From: Ostrea edulis
Lineage: Eukaryota
Direction of reading: 5' to 3'
Assembly: GCF_947568905.1 (NCBI RefSeq)
Contig: NC_079164.1
Span: 9,238,001-9,302,000, forward strand
Length of the DNA stretch: 64,000 nucleotides
In this document: piece after piece, positions 61,141 to 64,000 of the stretch
How the letters are laid out: every line of letters begins with the position of its first letter
How positions within the stretch are numbered: the stretch's first letter is position 1
The notes under the pieces: generated by a model
Database searches by the model: none
What the model saw: the letters and a program-made list of their open reading frames with translations, nothing else
Told to the model about the DNA's origin: nothing
Made by a program: the position numbers and the translations under genes

Positions 61141-61162
61141 AAGTCGGTCCTTAGGACCAAAC

Positions 61163-61182
61163 GGCCCTTTTCAGGGCCACCA
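61163..61182 (+). terminator. Histone mRNA-type 3' stem-loop (CCAAAC-GGCCCT-TTTC-AGGGCC-ACCA) with downstream GAAAAGA
   Basis: Exact match to the metazoan replication-dependent histone stem-loop consensus, 22 nt after the RING-gene stop. Confidence 0.85.
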
Positions 61183-61290
61183 ACTTTTTTGAAAAGACAC
61201 TTTTTATGGCAAAAATCAAGAAACACACAAGTTTGTTTTAAAAAAGTTTTTATTAACACAAGTAATAGCTAGAATAAAGCTATAATAAAG

Positions 61291-61473
61291 TTACATTTTC
61301 TTGACAATGTACACATGTTTATGATACTGATAAGCAAAGTCACAAATCCATTGTCTATAATGAGTCCAATTGCCTCCGGCTAATCCATGAGGTTTCACCG
61401 TTAAACATTGTTGTACAATAGCATCCACCCAAGGTAGAGATAATACATCTCCTCGTAGATCCGTCACCGCCAT
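61291..61473 (-). CDS. Small hypothetical viral protein (60 aa)
   Basis: CCACCATGG Kozak start overlapping the upstream gene's stop; ends just before the minus-strand AATAAA (61253-61248). Confidence 0.5.
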   Translation of the reverse strand: MAVTDLRGDVLSLPWVDAIVQQCLTVKPHGLAGGNWTHYRQWICDFAYQYHKHVYIVKKM

Positions 61474-61865
61474 GGTGGTTGACAGGTCTCACAGGTACAC
61501 GTTGACCAGGGTTCTTGACTGTAAGGACAATGTTGAAACACCCGGGGATCAAACTTTCTCTGAGTCCAGCGCTCTCTAAACTCCTGACAGATCTCACAGG
61601 TACAGTCCTTATGTGCTATTTCTTCTTCAGGGGTGATGGTACAATGCTGCGGACACTTACACTCTAGCCAGGGTTCTCTAGTGTGACCACAACATTTATA
61701 GACAAAGGGATAAAACGTCAGCTCTGCCAATCTCTCTATCCACTTCTGTTTGGCCAGGATGTTTTCTTTTTTATAATGAAAACAGCCACAAGTGCTCCAA
61801 GGTCCTCGGCAATACCCACACACTAGTACATCTTTCTCATCATCCGCGTACCGTTCAAACGACAT
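61464..61865 (-). CDS. Cys-rich viral protein with three C-x(3-5)-[GE]PW-x2-C-x-C repeats (133 aa), putative Zn-binding
   Basis: CGYCRGPWSTCGC, CCGHTREPWLECKC, CPYSQEPWSTCTC; TATATAAATA on the minus strand near 61893-61902. Confidence 0.7.
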   Translation of the reverse strand: MSFERYADDEKDVLVCGYCRGPWSTCGCFHYKKENILAKQKWIERLAELTFYPFVYKCCGHTREPWLECKCPQHCTITPEEEIAHKDCTCEICQEFRERWTQRKFDPRVFQHCPYSQEPWSTCTCETCQPPWR

Positions 61866-62040
61866 GATTGAGAAAAATGGTAACAAGTGACCTATTTATA
61901 TAGTGTTTTTTGATGAGTCATCAACATGACGTCAGCCATCTGAGGTAGGGGATGTTTTCGAGGACGTCCGCGCTCTCGCCTTTTTAAACGAGCGCAACGT
62001 CAAAAATTGGGCATTCCGATTTTTTAAAGGAACCAGAACC

Positions 62041-62337
62041 ATGAGCCGTAGAGTAGGACCAGACCCTACAGTGAATGATTATTGTATCAAATGGGAGGAG
62101 GATTGGGAGCAAGAGATTGCCCCGCCGGCCTCACGGGAGGCTCTTCCCCCACCGCCCATGAGCCAGGATCTGCCCCCGCCAGAGGAAAACTGGGACGCAG
62201 AGTTAGAAGTGGTGCAACGGCCTCCGGGGAGATTGTTTTTTAAACACGGCTGGTTGCCCGTTTTTGTGTTTGACCACGAGCAACCCCCGGAGGAGCAGAA
62301 AAAGAAGAGAAGAAAGAAGAAGAAGAACAGACAGTGA
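62041..62337 (+). CDS. Small acidic/Pro-rich viral protein with C-terminal basic NLS (98 aa)
   Basis: Good ACCATGA start, EEDWEQE and EENWDAE motifs, KKKRRKKKK; shares its upstream element and 3' stem-loop with the RING gene. Confidence 0.65.
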   Translation: MSRRVGPDPTVNDYCIKWEEDWEQEIAPPASREALPPPPMSQDLPPPEENWDAELEVVQRPPGRLFFKHGWLPVFVFDHEQPPEEQKKKRRKKKKNRQ

Positions 62338-62434
62338 GGGGGACCGAGAAGAAAAGAAGAAGAAGAGAAGGAGAAGAAGGAGAAGAGAGAAGAAGAAGAA
62401 GAGAAAAGACCAAGAACAGAGAGAGAAAGAAAAC

Positions 62435-62455
62435 AGCCCTTTTCAGGGCTACCCA
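62435..62455 (+). terminator. Histone mRNA-type 3' stem-loop (AAAC-AGCCCT-TTTC-AGGGCT-ACCCA) with downstream GAAAAGA
   Basis: 6-bp stem with A-U closing pair, TTTC loop, ACCCA tail. Confidence 0.8.
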
Positions 62456-62557
62456 TTCTTTTTGAAAAGACATGGTTGATTACAATGACAAGAAAATTTT
62501 TTTTTTTTTTCCAACGTTTTATTAAACTCCAACTATGAACAATAACAATAACATAGT

Positions 62558-63055
62558 TTACAATACATTCAGTCTTTGACATTGACAAGTTTGTCCTTGA
62601 TGGGTTCTCGGTTTACGGAAGGTCTCTTTAAACCAATCCGCCACAAAACGATCGCGTTGTAAGGCTGTGCCTTTCCAGGGAAGTAACCATTCTCGTACGG
62701 TGCTTCTATGGCGATGGCGTTGATGTAAAAAATACACACAGTATTGTCCACAGACATCCGTATTCAAATCTTGATAACAATGGGTGTTATGAATCCAAGT
62801 CTCTCCGTGGCGTTGAATAAAGTCTTGGATGTCTTTATGGCTGGGAGGTAATCCGTAAGAATCAAAATATTCGACGGTAGGGCTACTCAAATACAAACAG
62901 ACCCAATGCGCTCCAGGGCGATCGTGAGGGTCTGTATTCACCACGATGGCTTTGTGATGAGGTAACAGCTCAGGTATGACATCTCGAGGATACACACCTG
63001 CAAACGCCGGTCCTAAATCTCGTTGTAAAACATCTCTCAATTGCTGAGTATCCAT
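62558..63055 (-). CDS. Adenain-like (C5 family) cysteine protease, Polinton maturation protease
   Basis: GVYPRD, IVVNTDPHDRPGAHWVCLY (catalytic His), EYFDSYG (Asp), YQDLNTDVCGQYC (Gln/Cys). Confidence 0.92.
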   Translation of the reverse strand: MDTQQLRDVLQRDLGPAFAGVYPRDVIPELLPHHKAIVVNTDPHDRPGAHWVCLYLSSPTVEYFDSYGLPPSHKDIQDFIQRHGETWIHNTHCYQDLNTDVCGQYCVYFLHQRHRHRSTVREWLLPWKGTALQRDRFVADWFKETFRKPRTHQGQTCQCQRLNVL

Positions 63056-63062
63056 CTCTCTC

Positions 63063-64000
63063 TTAGTAATCGATACTGACTTCTCGTTGTTTGTTGATTT
63101 CTAGCAGATTGTCGAACACGGCATACACCACACAGTTTAAGGTCCTGGCTACGTTGGCGGCAAATTGCACTTCCACTCTCAAGTTCCCCGTCTGTATGAG
63201 ATGAAATTTATCCGTCTGGGCTTCTTGATCTTTCGTGAAATCCACACACCAGAGGGTGTAACCGTTTTTATACTCTTCCAGGGTAATGTCCGGAGCCCAG
63301 TCCTGACCTAATTTTCCCAAGCCTTTGTACAGACTCAAATACGATCTCAGGTACTGATCGTCGGTGAAATTAGGTTCCAAAGGTCGGGTTTCCATCATTT
63401 CTCCATTGATACTGATTTCTAATTTCTTGACTCTCTCATTTTGGAAATGAAAGGGGTTTCTGGTATTATCCCCATTAAAAGCCGCATTGTCCACAAAGCC
63501 CAACACGATCAGTTTAGGCATCTGTCCTTGAAACAGATGATCGGTGATTTTAGATTGGGTGCCACTAGGAATGGTGAAGGTTTTCACTTCCACTCGTCTC
63601 AATGGATATTTCGCCGTTTGAGTACTCAGTTGCTGATTGATGAGATTAATGATACTCGGCACAGGTTTGACTTTCCTCACCCACAAGATCATACTTTGAA
63701 TGGCCACTTTCCCACTACTCCCGGCAGCGGTCATCATGTAGAACTGGGGTCGAGCGCGATTGAATCGGAGACGGACATCCAAGCCATTAGGGAGACATTT
63801 CTCTTGCTCAAACAAATCCAGATGTAATCGATCCATCAACACGATCTCCTTACTGTCTGTAATCTTCTCGTGACGTTTTCTCAACCCTACATTCTTGGAA
63901 TCATCCGGATACTCGGGAGTCGGAATGACGGCCGCGATGCTGATTTTGTTATTCACTACTGGAAATTCCACAGGAGTTTGAGCCAGATCTTCTAATTTGA
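63063..64000 (-). CDS. Polinton/adintovirus major capsid protein (double jelly-roll), C-terminal part; frame open to the window edge
   Basis: [16 protein letters not shown]...[30 protein letters not shown]...[20 protein letters not shown] are Polinton MCP-type motifs; adjacent to the protease gene. Confidence 0.85.
   Translation of the reverse strand, partial: KLEDLAQTPVEFPVVNNKISIAAVIPTPEYPDDSKNVGLRKRHEKITDSKEIVLMDRLHLDLFEQEKCLPNGLDVRLRFNRARPQFYMMTAAGSSGKVAIQSMILWVRKVKPVPSIINLINQQLSTQTAKYPLRRVEVKTFTIPSGTQSKITDHLFQGQMPKLIVLGFVDNAAFNGDNTRNPFHFQNERVKKLEISINGEMMETRPLEPNFTDDQYLRSYLSLYKGLGKLGQDWAPDITLEEYKNGYTLWCVDFTKDQEAQTDKFHLIQTGNLRVEVQFAANVARTLNCVVYAVFDNLLEINKQREVSIDY

Larger units (their letters stand above)
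55909..64000. mobile_element. Endogenous Polinton/Maverick (adintovirus-like) element, left part; continues beyond the window
   Basis: AGTAGT terminus at 55909. Switch to compact, intron-poor, CpG-richer, gene-dense sequence. Adenain-like protease adjacent to a Polinton-type major capsid gene. Confidence 0.88.

Noticed and set aside
60633-61259. Gly-rich and other minus-strand ORFs over the RING gene
   Set aside because: Antisense shadows of a Pro-rich, GC-rich coding sequence
62079-62588. Phe/Ser-rich minus-strand ORF
   Set aside because: Antisense reading of the GA-rich low-complexity tract
63441-63827. 128-aa plus-strand ORF within the capsid gene
   Set aside because: Antisense shadow ORF with no independent signals

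Overview
AT-rich animal genomic DNA, most likely from an ostreid oyster. That host call is an inference from the Cg170/HindIII-type satellite-bearing Helentron elements, the RING-less B-box/beta-propeller TRIM-like gene and the SINE types. Bases 1-55,900 are ordinary repeat-rich host sequence. They contain a decayed L2-like LINE, seven reconstructable coding exons of an SLC7 (LAT/b0,+AT-type) amino acid transporter on the minus strand, a TRIM-like gene, a FAXDC2-like fatty acid hydroxylase gene, a CBM20 gene, a tRNA-Asp pseudogene, nested Helentron/MITE insertions and many minisatellites. From 55,909 (AGTAGT terminus) to the window end lies the left part of an apparently intact endogenous Polinton/Maverick (adintovirus-like) element, with an adenain-type protease and a major capsid protein gene. 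Its terminal ~6.5 kb is a dense accessory island: a double CCHC knuckle protein, a catalytically degenerate CRESS-virus Rep (HUH)-like protein, four tandem Bcl-2-like paralogs, a DP71L/ICP34.5/GADD34-type PP1 adaptor, a Pro-rich C4C4 RING protein, a Cys-repeat protein and small ORFs. The most striking signal is that three non-histone viral genes are followed by replication-dependent histone mRNA 3' stem-loops. These show a covarying closing base pair, and two carry the same purine-rich downstream element, suggesting the virus borrows the SLBP/U7 histone 3'-end pathway. No database searches were run; all family assignments come from motif recognition by eye.
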